From a virus, in IMG/VR virus record IMGVR_UViG_3300022928_001147, positions 17,495 to 81,494 of that record: DNA of 64,000 bases; one strand, written 5' to 3'. Under the pieces are notes generated by a model that searched no databases, was not told the DNA's origin, and saw only the letters and a program-made list of their open reading frames with translations. Below, piece by piece: positions 27,275 through 36,864 of this stretch. Positions within the stretch are counted from its first letter, which is position 1. Each line of letters begins with the position of its first letter. The position numbers were made by a program, and so were the translations under genes.

Positions 27275-29870
27275 TTAACATAAACCTCTTATATTTTTCA
27301 AGTTGTAATTCTCCAGAATATAACAAGTTAGTCATAGGTGCTATACTGTTAAATTCTTCAATGTCTTTAACACAGTTTACGTGTTCTTCTATTTCATAAT
27401 AATTATTACTTTGTAGTATAACTAGCTTACCAGACGGTATCATATTATACCATTCTACAAATTTTTCAATATGTTCGCAGCTTGTGTTGATAATAGTATC
27501 TGGGCTATCTTTTAATTCTTCAATACTACCATTACTTTTAACTGTATTATAGATATGTCTGCTGTAATCGATATCCATAATATCTTTAGTCTGTGCTTTA
27601 AATTTCCAGTTATCTAATACTAGCAGTTTATTAAATGTTTCTGCAATAGTCCAGACAGTAGGATCAATGTCAAAACTGCGAACAGAGTTGAATTTAATAT
27701 TGTTTTCTACAAACATTGGGATAATTGTTGCATACCAACCGGCGCAAAGATATATAAGACCTAAGTCTAAATCTAAGTCATTTAATGTATCAGTTAACCA
27801 TTTTTTACTTAACAGTTGACCTCTACTTAAACAGTCTTTATCAAAGTTAGGAACTGTTTCGTACAACGTTTTTAATGGTTTTACAAATAAACTGTTAGTA
27901 TGGTTATCTAAAACTTTCCACAATGAATTTATATCATTGTTAAGAAGTTTAAACTCAGACGACACTTCCGGTAATAATCTTGCAAGACTATATAAATTTT
28001 TCTCAAGTACTGCTTTACGTAAGTCGTCATCTGCATTTACTAATCTAAAAATGCTATGTAAATTTTCCTCAAGTACTGCTTTTCTAAGTTCTTCATTATT
28101 TGCTAATTTAAAAATACTAGACAAATCTTTATCATTATACATACGGCGTACATTTGAAATGTCACCTTCGTATAATAATTCAAATCTATCTAATAAGTCT
28201 ATTATGTCGTTGTTAGCAGTAGTTGATTCTATGGGAGTTATGTTAGTTTCGTTATCAAGTAGCTGCGATGATTGTTTAAATTGCTCTTCTAGCCATTCAA
28301 AGTCATTTATTTTTTTAAGAGCTTCAATGTCACCTTGACTTTCTCTTCCGTAAGCAGTTCCTGCTGTTGCTCCCTTAATAGCCCATTCTCCGTAAGGACG
28401 CTCTTTTCCAACTGTTTGCCACACATGTAATCTTTTTTCTGTTTCTTCATTCTTTTGTCTGTCAATTACTTTACTGCTTAATTTAGCACATTCTCTAAAT
28501 GCACTACGCCAAGTACTAAACTCGTCTGTATTAAATGCTGTGATGTTGCTTACAACTTTAATAGGTTTAAAATGACGACTAATACTTGTAGTCATATCAG
28601 GCTTACTTATATCCATGTTAATAGTTAGTGTCCTTGGAAGAAGTTTAATTCCGCCGTAGCCGTATTCTAAATCATTAATCGGATTTTTACTACGCCAAAC
28701 TTTCACATATTCTTTTTCATCTACAGGACTTACGTAATCAAAATTAAAGTCGTCTGTTATTTGTGCATCACCGTCTACAATCCAGATCATTTCTGTAGTA
28801 CATATCTTTGCAGCTTCAATATGTGCCTGATGAATTCCCTTTACTCCGTCGACACGTTTTGCTCGAGGAAATTTTTCTTTTAAGGCATTATAATTTTCCT
28901 CTGCGTTGGACTCGTTATATGTTATCATTACAATATCATATTCTTTTGTAGCTTCAATTTCGGACTTTAAAAAGTCTTGAACGACCCTGACTGGAGGAAT
29001 ATACATACTCTTAAAGAATTTACTATGACTAGGAAGATACGGATCAATTGGAATATCTATACCTAATTCGTTATTAAGCAATGTGCCTAAACGAGAAATT
29101 TCTTGCGGAAGCATTTCTTCAGTAATTTTAGAATACTTATCTTCCCACATCTTATTAAGATATTCAAAGTCACGTACATTGACAAAGTCCCAATCAGTAC
29201 AGTTAGTTAAATAACAACCTTCACGAGCACCATAAATTGCCCATAGACCGTTCTCAACATCTGTTCCAATTGTTTGCCAAATTTTAAGTCGTTCAAAATT
29301 TTTCTTATGCACACGTTTCGTAAATTCTTGTCCTGAAAGTTTTTCGCCCTCGTAAAGACTCATCTTTACACCTTCGCGAAATCCTGCTCTCCAAGCCTGC
29401 CACGGTGTTGCATTATTATACACAGAACTATATGTTTTGTTAACTTGTAAATATTGTAAATCCCAACAAAAGTCAACTTGTGATTGAGGGTTTGATGATT
29501 CTGCATTTTCATGTGTTTTCATGTTTAAAACAATGTGCTTCGGCCAACATTTAATTCCGCCGTTGCCGTATGTTAATCCATTTACAACATTATATCCGCT
29601 CCAGCTAATTACACAATTTTCTACATCAACATCGTCTCTAAAATGCAACTCTTCATTAATAAAGTTTTGGTGTACAATATTGTCACCGTCTATAGTAATA
29701 AATCGATCAGTTTCACTTAGATTTGCACAAGCCTTATGTGCAGCGTCACTACCTTCTACACCATGTACACGTTTTGCCCAGGGCACTTTAGTAAGCAAGT
29801 CAGCATAATTTTTTTCAGCGTTTGGTTCATCGTAACTCAAATATATAATATCGTAATCAATAATTTTCAT
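27261..29870 (-). CDS. Multidomain protein: two tandem GT-A-like glycosyltransferase domains plus a C-terminal methyltransferase-like domain
   Basis: Duplicated YD...SY.E.NAE.NY...AKRV.GV.G...AH...DGD...GGIK..P...WR..FRE; C-terminal LCAGWY, SFDIDP, INTSCEH. Confidence 0.7.
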   Translation of the reverse strand: MKIIDYDIIYLSYDEPNAEKNYADLLTKVPWAKRVHGVEGSDAAHKACANLSETDRFITIDGDNIVHQNFINEELHFRDDVDVENCVISWSGYNVVNGLTYGNGGIKCWPKHIVLNMKTHENAESSNPQSQVDFCWDLQYLQVNKTYSSVYNNATPWQAWRAGFREGVKMSLYEGEKLSGQEFTKRVHKKNFERLKIWQTIGTDVENGLWAIYGAREGCYLTNCTDWDFVNVRDFEYLNKMWEDKYSKITEEMLPQEISRLGTLLNNELGIDIPIDPYLPSHSKFFKSMYIPPVRVVQDFLKSEIEATKEYDIVMITYNESNAEENYNALKEKFPRAKRVDGVKGIHQAHIEAAKICTTEMIWIVDGDAQITDDFNFDYVSPVDEKEYVKVWRSKNPINDLEYGYGGIKLLPRTLTINMDISKPDMTTSISRHFKPIKVVSNITAFNTDEFSTWRSAFRECAKLSSKVIDRQKNEETEKRLHVWQTVGKERPYGEWAIKGATAGTAYGRESQGDIEALKKINDFEWLEEQFKQSSQLLDNETNITPIESTTANNDIIDLLDRFELLYEGDISNVRRMYNDKDLSSIFKLANNEELRKAVLEENLHSIFRLVNADDDLRKAVLEKNLYSLARLLPEVSSEFKLLNNDINSLWKVLDNHTNSLFVKPLKTLYETVPNFDKDCLSRGQLLSKKWLTDTLNDLDLDLGLIYLCAGWYATIIPMFVENNIKFNSVRSFDIDPTVWTIAETFNKLLVLDNWKFKAQTKDIMDIDYSRHIYNTVKSNGSIEELKDSPDTIINTSCEHIEKFVEWYNMIPSGKLVILQSNNYYEIEEHVNCVKDIEEFNSIAPMTNLLYSGELQLEKYKRFMLIGYK
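28002..28082. repeat. 66-bp-period coding tandem repeat (22-aa LRKAVLE.NL.S unit)
   Basis: ctcaagtactgcttt at 28002 and 28068. Confidence 0.8.
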
Positions 29871-29873
29871 GCA

Positions 29874-30428
29874 TTACTCCTGTACATTATGTATGTGTTT
29901 AACATGATGAGAGTTACATAAAAGGCTTACAGACATTTTACTGACTTCTTTATTATAACTTTTTAATTTAAGTTCGTTGTGTAATACAACTAATTTTAAA
30001 TCAACACTTAACGTATCTAGCAATATAAATCTATTAGTAGGATCAACTACGTAATAAGTTTTTATAGTGTTATTGCTTTGTGCAAATAAAGAACACAACT
30101 CAGAGTCCATAGTATTAGTAATTGTCCAGCTACCATTAGATAAATCTTGATTTATAATTATTGCGTTTTCAGCAGTAGATTGTTTAGCAATAATTCCTTT
30201 AGGTTGAGTTATGTCTAAAGATAAATCTAAATCTCTTGGAACAATTTGTTTTTTACCTTTTATTTTTATATTATCAATTACAATGTAATCAAAAAATTGT
30301 TTTGTTAAGTTAGAAAATTCTTCATAAGTTTTTAAATCAACTTCAAAATAATTGGGGCCGAACGAATTATCAATTATATTAGTAACCGAAAGGACGCTTC
30401 CACTATCATCGTAATACATGTAAAACAT
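29874..30428 (-). CDS. Hypothetical protein
   Basis: In-operon ORF; ATG 30428 overlaps the upstream stop. Confidence 0.65.
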   Translation of the reverse strand: MFYMYYDDSGSVLSVTNIIDNSFGPNYFEVDLKTYEEFSNLTKQFFDYIVIDNIKIKGKKQIVPRDLDLSLDITQPKGIIAKQSTAENAIIINQDLSNGSWTITNTMDSELCSLFAQSNNTIKTYYVVDPTNRFILLDTLSVDLKLVVLHNELKLKSYNKEVSKMSVSLLCNSHHVKHIHNVQE

Positions 30429-31222
30429 TAAACACGCTCCTCTAACCATTTTAACATTTCTAAAGTTAAAAACTCATCTTCTACATAATGTAATACACCT
30501 GATTGTTTAAAACCGTTAATGTAAATATTATCTCCAAAATCAACTGATAGATCATTAGTCCATTTCGAAGGCACTGGTTCTATATTTTGTACATGCGGCT
30601 TCATGTGTGTAAATATTAAATTACTAGTATAATCAATATCTAAAATCTTTAATGCAATAGCTGCACTAACATCAACACTATTCCACGCTTGCATGCTTAA
30701 AGGAGTATACGTTTTATAAAATACTTCCCAATTATTCATTATTACTTCTAGTAAATTAAAAAATGCTGTTGTATTGCTAGACTTTTTAAATTGATACATG
30801 CCAGTATATATGTTTGGTAAATTATTATCGTCAAAAGTCTTTCGATAGTATCTACTTGTTACTGTAGTATTTCGGTATGTATTAACTGTTGTTGTAAATG
30901 CAAGTTCATTTGTAGAAAAATTAATAGGATCTAATACTAACATATCTGCATCAAATACTGTAGTATTACTATACGGAGTTAATTGAGATAACTTCCACCT
31001 GTTATCAATTTTCCAATTTTTATTTTCCGCTAAATCAACACCAGGTATAGATATAACTTGATCAAACACATTTTTATATTTTGACGATATTTTATCGTTG
31101 GTTATAATACTAATGTTTGTGTTAGGAGAATGTGAAAGAACACTAAGTGCTAATGCATACGCCTGTTCTACATAATTTGTAGTATCATTGTTTTGTGCAA
31201 GTACGCATATTCCATTACTCAT
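30428..31222 (-). CDS. GT-A fold glycosyltransferase (GT8-like)
   Basis: YVEQAYALALS, TPYSNTTVFDADML (DxD), FTHMK; start moved to ATG 31222. Confidence 0.7.
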   Translation of the reverse strand: MSNGICVLAQNNDTTNYVEQAYALALSVLSHSPNTNISIITNDKISSKYKNVFDQVISIPGVDLAENKNWKIDNRWKLSQLTPYSNTTVFDADMLVLDPINFSTNELAFTTTVNTYRNTTVTSRYYRKTFDDNNLPNIYTGMYQFKKSSNTTAFFNLLEVIMNNWEVFYKTYTPLSMQAWNSVDVSAAIALKILDIDYTSNLIFTHMKPHVQNIEPVPSKWTNDLSVDFGDNIYINGFKQSGVLHYVEDEFLTLEMLKWLEERV

Positions 31223-32063
31223 GTGTAAACTCCTTATCAATAAAAGAGTTTAAACTAAATTTATTCATTACATGCACTGTTGCATCAGTAAGTTTTACTG
31301 GAATGTAATCATACGACTTATGTGCTAAGAGTTTAATAACATTATTATCGACGTTTACTAATACATCTTGATCAGTTGAAACCCACATATCACTAGGTAA
31401 TTGTTTAGGCCACTCAGTGCTATTTTCAAATCCTCGCATCATATGTACTGCAATACTAAATGCAAAATCATTTCTAAATTTAGTCTCAGTTATATCATAC
31501 ACTGTTCTATAATAATTATAGTTATCTTTAATATGACTCACTAAATCAAATACTGTTTTTGCTGCGTTACTTTTTGTAAAATATAATATAGTAGCCCAGT
31601 ACATAGAAATAGATCTATTACTCACTCTATCAAAACTAGGTTCAACTCCTTGATTAATTAGATTATAATGATTAGCAATCATAAAATCTTCAGCAGTATC
31701 AAAGCATGATAATAGTTTGTTATTTGAGATTAATAAATCCGTGTCGATTACAATTGTTTTATCAAAAGCACTTAACGCATATGCACTATTGCGCGAAGAA
31801 TTTTTCCATTCTAACCGTTTACTAGAATATAGTCCATCGTTAAATGTTTTGGTTGCATTATTAGAAGGAGCAGGAACATACGTTACAATATCAATATAAT
31901 TTTTATAAAAAGGATATGCAGATTCAATGTAATCAACTGCATCTGTAATTAATTGTACTGGAAGGTTTAAATATTGTTTTACACGCTTTGCACAATATAT
32001 TGCTTGTTTTACATAATCAATATTTTTATTATTAAACGCAAAGAGTACTACGCCGTTGGTCAT
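31215..32063 (-). CDS. GT-A fold glycosyltransferase (GT8-like)
   Basis: DYVKQA, SAFDKTIVIDTDLL (DxD), FRND, VHVMNK; paralog of the downstream gene. Confidence 0.7.
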   Translation of the reverse strand: MTNGVVLFAFNNKNIDYVKQAIYCAKRVKQYLNLPVQLITDAVDYIESAYPFYKNYIDIVTYVPAPSNNATKTFNDGLYSSKRLEWKNSSRNSAYALSAFDKTIVIDTDLLISNNKLLSCFDTAEDFMIANHYNLINQGVEPSFDRVSNRSISMYWATILYFTKSNAAKTVFDLVSHIKDNYNYYRTVYDITETKFRNDFAFSIAVHMMRGFENSTEWPKQLPSDMWVSTDQDVLVNVDNNVIKLLAHKSYDYIPVKLTDATVHVMNKFSLNSFIDKEFTHE

Positions 32064-32407
32064 AAGTCAACTAATCCTTGAACAGACTTATTCTTTCTAA
32101 TTGTTTCATAATCAGTGGCGTACTTGTGCGATGCAGATGTGTATACACTTAGTAATTCTTTTACAAATTCATCAATGTTGCTTATAACAAAAGGAATGTC
32201 ATTATCGTCTAATACTACTAGACCTTCATCTTGTATCTCTGATAACAAATGACAAAAGTTAATTAATTCTCGAGTTACTGTAAACTTATGTCCATGAGTA
32301 TAATGTACAAGATTCTCCTTATACTGTGCAAGAAAAATACGTTTTTGATTGTTTTGTGTTTCTAAAAAGTTAGAAAACTCTAATGCTTTAGCTAATCGTT
32401 GGTCCAT
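32060..32407 (-). CDS. Hypothetical protein, first gene of the glycosyltransferase operon
   Basis: Strong RBS GAGGAG and consensus promoter upstream. Confidence 0.75.
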   Translation of the reverse strand: MDQRLAKALEFSNFLETQNNQKRIFLAQYKENLVHYTHGHKFTVTRELINFCHLLSEIQDEGLVVLDDNDIPFVISNIDEFVKELLSVYTSASHKYATDYETIRKNKSVQGLVDL

Positions 32408-32428
32408 GGAGACTCCTCATATAGTAGT

Positions 32429-32457
32429 ATTATATACTATATTTTAGAGTCTGTCAA
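32429..32457 (-). promoter_or_regulatory. Perfect sigma70 consensus promoter
   Basis: TTGACA-gactctaaaatatagta (17 nt)-TATAAT, followed by GAGGAG and ATG 32407. Confidence 0.85.
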
Positions 32458-32463
32458 GTAAAA

Positions 32464-33396
32464 TTAGAAAGTGTTAGAAGCAGTATTAATAGCAACAGTA
32501 GGTGCTGCTACTTGGACGTTTGTACCAGTTGGACGAATATAGCTCATTGAACTTGTTAGTGTACCTTTGACAGTTTCGTCAACTGCTGCCCCAGCTGGAC
32601 CAGCACCGACTACAGGTTTTACATCGCCGGCATCGTCGTCTCTGTATATCATACGAATACGAACACCATTGGTAATAGATCGAGCTTCAATTTGATAGTC
32701 GTTTTCTGCGTATGGTGTAGTACCTGTTCGGGCTAAAATATATCTTGCAGTTGTATCAAGATCATAATATCCATCACTTGTGATTGTTCCGTTAGCTCCT
32801 GTTTTAGTAACGTTTACATAATCCATTGTAACAGTACCTACTGTAGACACCATTGTTTGCCAGTCTAGAGTTTTTGCTTCAGTTCCAGTGTATGCTAAAC
32901 TACTTACAAATACAAGTTTGCCGCCCGCATTAAAAAATGCCTTTACATCATTTGCAGATGCCCAAGTAAAGTTTACATCATGTATCTGAGTACCTTGCCA
33001 TCCAGATGCTTTAGTTTTACTACTTCCACTAACAGTTGTAAATTGTCCTGTTCCTAAAGTAAATCTATTGCCTGCATCTTTTATAAAATTAACTACTGTT
33101 TCAAGCGCATCATGAACACTCTTAGTTATGTTTTCGCCTACACTAACTGTAACAAGTGCGGGATCCGGAGCACTACCGACTTGGTGAGTGTATGCTTTAG
33201 TAGCATCAGTTTTAAGTGCATTCCAGGCAGTCGCAGTAATTTTATCACCTGGACTTATTGCAGGTGCAGTAATTGCCTGATTGTATCCTGCTGCGGTGGT
33301 GCCGGTTCCTGTAGGGGTTCCCATAACAAGGTTAATACCTGATCTTAACGTTGTATATTCTGCTTCAGTAATTAACTGGCCTACATTTACTGTCAT
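32464..33396 (-). CDS. Putative virion (tail-associated) structural protein
   Basis: Thr/Gly/Ala-rich; three G.xIT...L repeats at the N-terminus; last gene of the tail module; late-like box upstream. Confidence 0.55.
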   Translation of the reverse strand: MTVNVGQLITEAEYTTLRSGINLVMGTPTGTGTTAAGYNQAITAPAISPGDKITATAWNALKTDATKAYTHQVGSAPDPALVTVSVGENITKSVHDALETVVNFIKDAGNRFTLGTGQFTTVSGSSKTKASGWQGTQIHDVNFTWASANDVKAFFNAGGKLVFVSSLAYTGTEAKTLDWQTMVSTVGTVTMDYVNVTKTGANGTITSDGYYDLDTTARYILARTGTTPYAENDYQIEARSITNGVRIRMIYRDDDAGDVKPVVGAGPAGAAVDETVKGTLTSSMSYIRPTGTNVQVAAPTVAINTASNTF

Positions 33397-33418
33397 GGAT
33401 ATTCCTCTTTATTGTACT

Positions 33419-33426
33419 TATTTATA
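33419..33426 (-). promoter_or_regulatory. T4-late-like promoter box TATAAATA
   Basis: Exact T4 late consensus overlapping the stop of the upstream gene, followed by RBS GAGGA. Confidence 0.55.
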
Positions 33427-34933
33427 CTTTTAAAACACACTCAACTAACTTTTCAGATTCTTCTAAGTTAGATTCTAGAGCAACACCTACTAATGATCCT
33501 CCGTTAATTGCTGTACTTGCACAACCGTTATTGTCAACATATACTGCCTGACCTTTTTTAACAGCGCCAATAACACGAACAGGTAAACGTCCTTTAAGAC
33601 CGATATACTGGCCTTCTGCGTCACTGTTCATCATAACAGCAGGATCTGTAGAAACTACACCGATAGCAATATCGCCTACGTTTGCTGCTTCAACATCATG
33701 GTCATCATGAGAGCATACTGTAACTACAGTACCGGGTACTAATTCTTCAGCAGTTGAATATTTTTCTGCTAAGTCAGCATATCGAGCACTTGTTGCTGTA
33801 CCTTGGAAAAGTACCGCATTTAAGTTTCCGCTTGCATCACGCACAGCAACGCTATTAGCTGTTCCTGTACCGATTGTGTCAACTGCTCCAACTCGTACAT
33901 TGCCGCCGACGATAAGTGCAGAAGCCTTTTCAGAAGTTCCGTATATATTAGTTGCATACACTGCACTAAATTTTTCAGTAGCACTACCTATTGCAACATT
34001 TTCTACTGTAGTTCCTGTTAATATTCCTGGCTTAACTAAACCAGGTTCTAAAGTAATAATATTTTTGTTAGTGCCGCCAGTTTGTTTTGTTCTAAAACGA
34101 ATTTCATCGCCCTGTGCATTTTGGATAACTGCTTGGTTATCGTTTTCTACATATAGTTTAAGATCTAAACCTGCGCCAATTGCAATACCTGCATCAGTTT
34201 GAAAGTTAGTAATTTCTGTAAATACGCTAGGCTGTCCTGGAGTTGCAGTAACGTATTCACTTGCAGATTTTCCGTTTAATTTGTCAGCGTTAGACGCAGT
34301 ACCATAAAAACGTGTCGAATCACTAGTAATTCCGCCCGTTGCGCTAAGAGTATTTTTAAGAGTTACACCTGATCGTATTACATCAAACCCTGATATAGCA
34401 TTTTCAGCATCATTACTGTCAATTGTAAATTCACTTGGACTAATAACAAATATTACTTCATCATTAACTGTAGCAGCAATTATGCTTCTACTAACTGCAA
34501 GAGTGTCGCGAACTGTTCTACTTTGCATTTGTGTAATGCCAGAACCTGCGTCTTGTGGACCAATTAGTACAAAATCAGATCCGTTATATGAATATAACTG
34601 TTCATTAATTGTATCCCACCAAAAGTCGCCAGTAGCAAGACCTGCCGGAGCAGTAGCACTAATTTCTGCGCCACCAGTTGTGCGCCACTTTGTACCGTCA
34701 TTAAATTTTAATTTGCTGTTTGCACTATCAAACCAAATTTGACCTGTAATTGCCCTCGGAGGCTGATTAGCTCCTGCAAAGTTTTCAAGCAAGAATACAA
34801 AATTTTCGTTTTGTATCTCACCGTAGCCTGCATAATTTTTACCAACTAGTTTAAGATCAGTTGTTTGATCTAATGTACCATCTTGTACAATTGTTAACTG
34901 GTTAGTGTTGTATTTGTTAATTGTATACGCCAT
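33422..34933 (-). CDS. Tail fibre-like protein with C-terminal intramolecular chaperone/peptidase G2-like domain
   Basis: Shared N-terminal module (LVGKNY.GYGE..NENF..LLENFA...GQIWFD); C-terminal ARYADLAEKY...GVVSTDPA.MMN...GRLPVRV. Confidence 0.65.
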   Translation of the reverse strand: MAYTINKYNTNQLTIVQDGTLDQTTDLKLVGKNYAGYGEIQNENFVFLLENFAGANQPPRAITGQIWFDSANSKLKFNDGTKWRTTGGAEISATAPAGLATGDFWWDTINEQLYSYNGSDFVLIGPQDAGSGITQMQSRTVRDTLAVSRSIIAATVNDEVIFVISPSEFTIDSNDAENAISGFDVIRSGVTLKNTLSATGGITSDSTRFYGTASNADKLNGKSASEYVTATPGQPSVFTEITNFQTDAGIAIGAGLDLKLYVENDNQAVIQNAQGDEIRFRTKQTGGTNKNIITLEPGLVKPGILTGTTVENVAIGSATEKFSAVYATNIYGTSEKASALIVGGNVRVGAVDTIGTGTANSVAVRDASGNLNAVLFQGTATSARYADLAEKYSTAEELVPGTVVTVCSHDDHDVEAANVGDIAIGVVSTDPAVMMNSDAEGQYIGLKGRLPVRVIGAVKKGQAVYVDNNGCASTAINGGSLVGVALESNLEESEKLVECVLKV

Positions 34934-34958
34934 AATTTAAATAACCCCTTGCTATTAG

Positions 34959-34966
34959 TATTTATC
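34959..34966 (-). promoter_or_regulatory. Late-like promoter box GATAAATA
   Basis: Intergenic, upstream of 34933; same GCGATAAATAC context as at 39605. Confidence 0.5.
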
Positions 34967-34971
34967 GCAAG

Positions 34972-36864
34972 TTACGGATAACTGTTCGTACTGACAAATG
35001 TCCACACCGAACCTGTAACTGTAAACTCCATTGTGTATCTTGCTGGTGTTAACACCACTGACCCTGTTGCTGGATTTGCAGCAACAATATCCTGTATAAC
35101 TGATTCATTTTGTGTGCCTGCACTATCAACTGCTATATTAGACTTTTGTAATACTCCAGTTCCATTTGTAGTTACAGTTACATTAATACCTGTAACTGTT
35201 GCGCCTGCATAACTAGTACAATGAATTTTAGCAACTGTTCCTTCTCTTGCACTGCTTGCAGGACTAATGCTTTCTAATATGTTTCGCACGTCTGCAATAG
35301 GACCATTTCCAAATCCTGCTGGATTTGGGCTAGTTAATCCTGTAATATCTAAAGTAAGCGCCACAGGTGCTGTTAATATCTCAGTATCAACATATTCTTT
35401 ATTTGTAACATCAGTAGCATCAGTCGGAGTTGCTACTCCAGCAATTTTTTGATTGTTGATTGTAATAGTGCCTGTAGAATTAATATCTAACGGCACTGTT
35501 GAAGAAATACTACCTAAACTTGCATCTCCAGAAACCGTTAACGCACCTAATGTACCAATTGAAGTCAGACCAGCGGCTGTTGCAACTGTATCACCTAGTC
35601 GTGTTTTAGAAAGTACTTGTGTATTTTCGATTCTGTATTCTTTACCAGTAGTTAAATCAACATCTTGATTAAATGTCCAATTTCCTGTTGATTGTAACCA
35701 AGATAACGTTTTATCAGTTGCACCTTTTAATGTAATGCCGCCGCCGTTTGCAGTAGTATCTGTTGGCGTATCCGTTGTTCCTAATTCTATGTTAGGATCT
35801 TCTACTGTCATTGTTGCTGTATTAACAGTAGTAGTAGTTCCTTCAATAACTAAATTGCCTTCTACTGTAAGATCACCAGTAAATTTTCCTGACCCTGTAA
35901 CATCAAGTTCAACAGTAGGAGTATCTTGATATAAACCAAATCTACGTGTGCTAGTGTCTAATGTAAATGCATCAATAAAATCACTTCCTTGAGGGACTCT
36001 AATTGAAAAATCGTAATTTAATTGTTTAAGTTCTATAGCTGTAGTAGTGCCGCTATTTACTGTTCTAAAAGCAGCATATTGCGAATCTCCGTATCCTACT
36101 ATAACACCTTCATCACCTTTAACAAATAAACCGCCTTCCATTTGCTGATCAACTGCATTATTGTCTACATCACGTTCGTTAGTTGCAACAAATGCCGAAG
36201 GCAAATACGAGTTTCCTTGACTGTCAATTAAGTTTTCTGCGTTTAATGCAGTACCTTGATACTTAAAATCAGCAATTTCAGTTGGATTAAAACCAACATT
36301 AATTTTTCTACCATACGCATATGGTAAAATAACTGATGCTGTATTAGGAGTAAATTCAAATCGACTATATATTCCTGCAAGTATTCCGCCTATATACAAT
36401 GTCAAAACAGTTCTAATTTGGTTACTAGTATCTACCATTGTAACTGCTTCTACACCGGTTTTTCCTTGTGTTGAGTTATACTGCGGACCAACTAATACTA
36501 AGTCCGAACCGTCCCAAAAGTACAATTTATTTTCAGCATTGTCAATCCATAGATCACCTGATACTAAGTTTGTAGGTTGATTACTACTTACTGTAGGAGA
36601 CCCTGCTGTTCTAAAACTCGAACCGTCATATATTTTTAATCTATTTTCGCCAGTATCGTACCATAGTTGTCCCTTTAAAGGATTACTAGGAGCACTAGTT
36701 GCTGCAAAATTTTCAATTATTTTAACAAAATTTTCGTTAAATGCTTCGCCAAACCCTTTATAATTTCGACCTACTAATGTAATATCTGTAGATACTGTAT
36801 CAATTACACCGTCTGTAAGTTCTACTAGCAACTCGCCGTTTGTTTTGTTTATTTTATAGCTCAT
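34972..36864 (-). CDS. Tail fibre/baseplate-associated structural protein
   Basis: Same N-terminal module as its neighbours; G.LTV.G beta repeats, DPNIELG, PT...D.TNK.YVD fibre motif. Confidence 0.65.
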   Translation of the reverse strand: MSYKINKTNGELLVELTDGVIDTVSTDITLVGRNYKGFGEAFNENFVKIIENFAATSAPSNPLKGQLWYDTGENRLKIYDGSSFRTAGSPTVSSNQPTNLVSGDLWIDNAENKLYFWDGSDLVLVGPQYNSTQGKTGVEAVTMVDTSNQIRTVLTLYIGGILAGIYSRFEFTPNTASVILPYAYGRKINVGFNPTEIADFKYQGTALNAENLIDSQGNSYLPSAFVATNERDVDNNAVDQQMEGGLFVKGDEGVIVGYGDSQYAAFRTVNSGTTTAIELKQLNYDFSIRVPQGSDFIDAFTLDTSTRRFGLYQDTPTVELDVTGSGKFTGDLTVEGNLVIEGTTTTVNTATMTVEDPNIELGTTDTPTDTTANGGGITLKGATDKTLSWLQSTGNWTFNQDVDLTTGKEYRIENTQVLSKTRLGDTVATAAGLTSIGTLGALTVSGDASLGSISSTVPLDINSTGTITINNQKIAGVATPTDATDVTNKEYVDTEILTAPVALTLDITGLTSPNPAGFGNGPIADVRNILESISPASSAREGTVAKIHCTSYAGATVTGINVTVTTNGTGVLQKSNIAVDSAGTQNESVIQDIVAANPATGSVVLTPARYTMEFTVTGSVWTFVSTNSYP

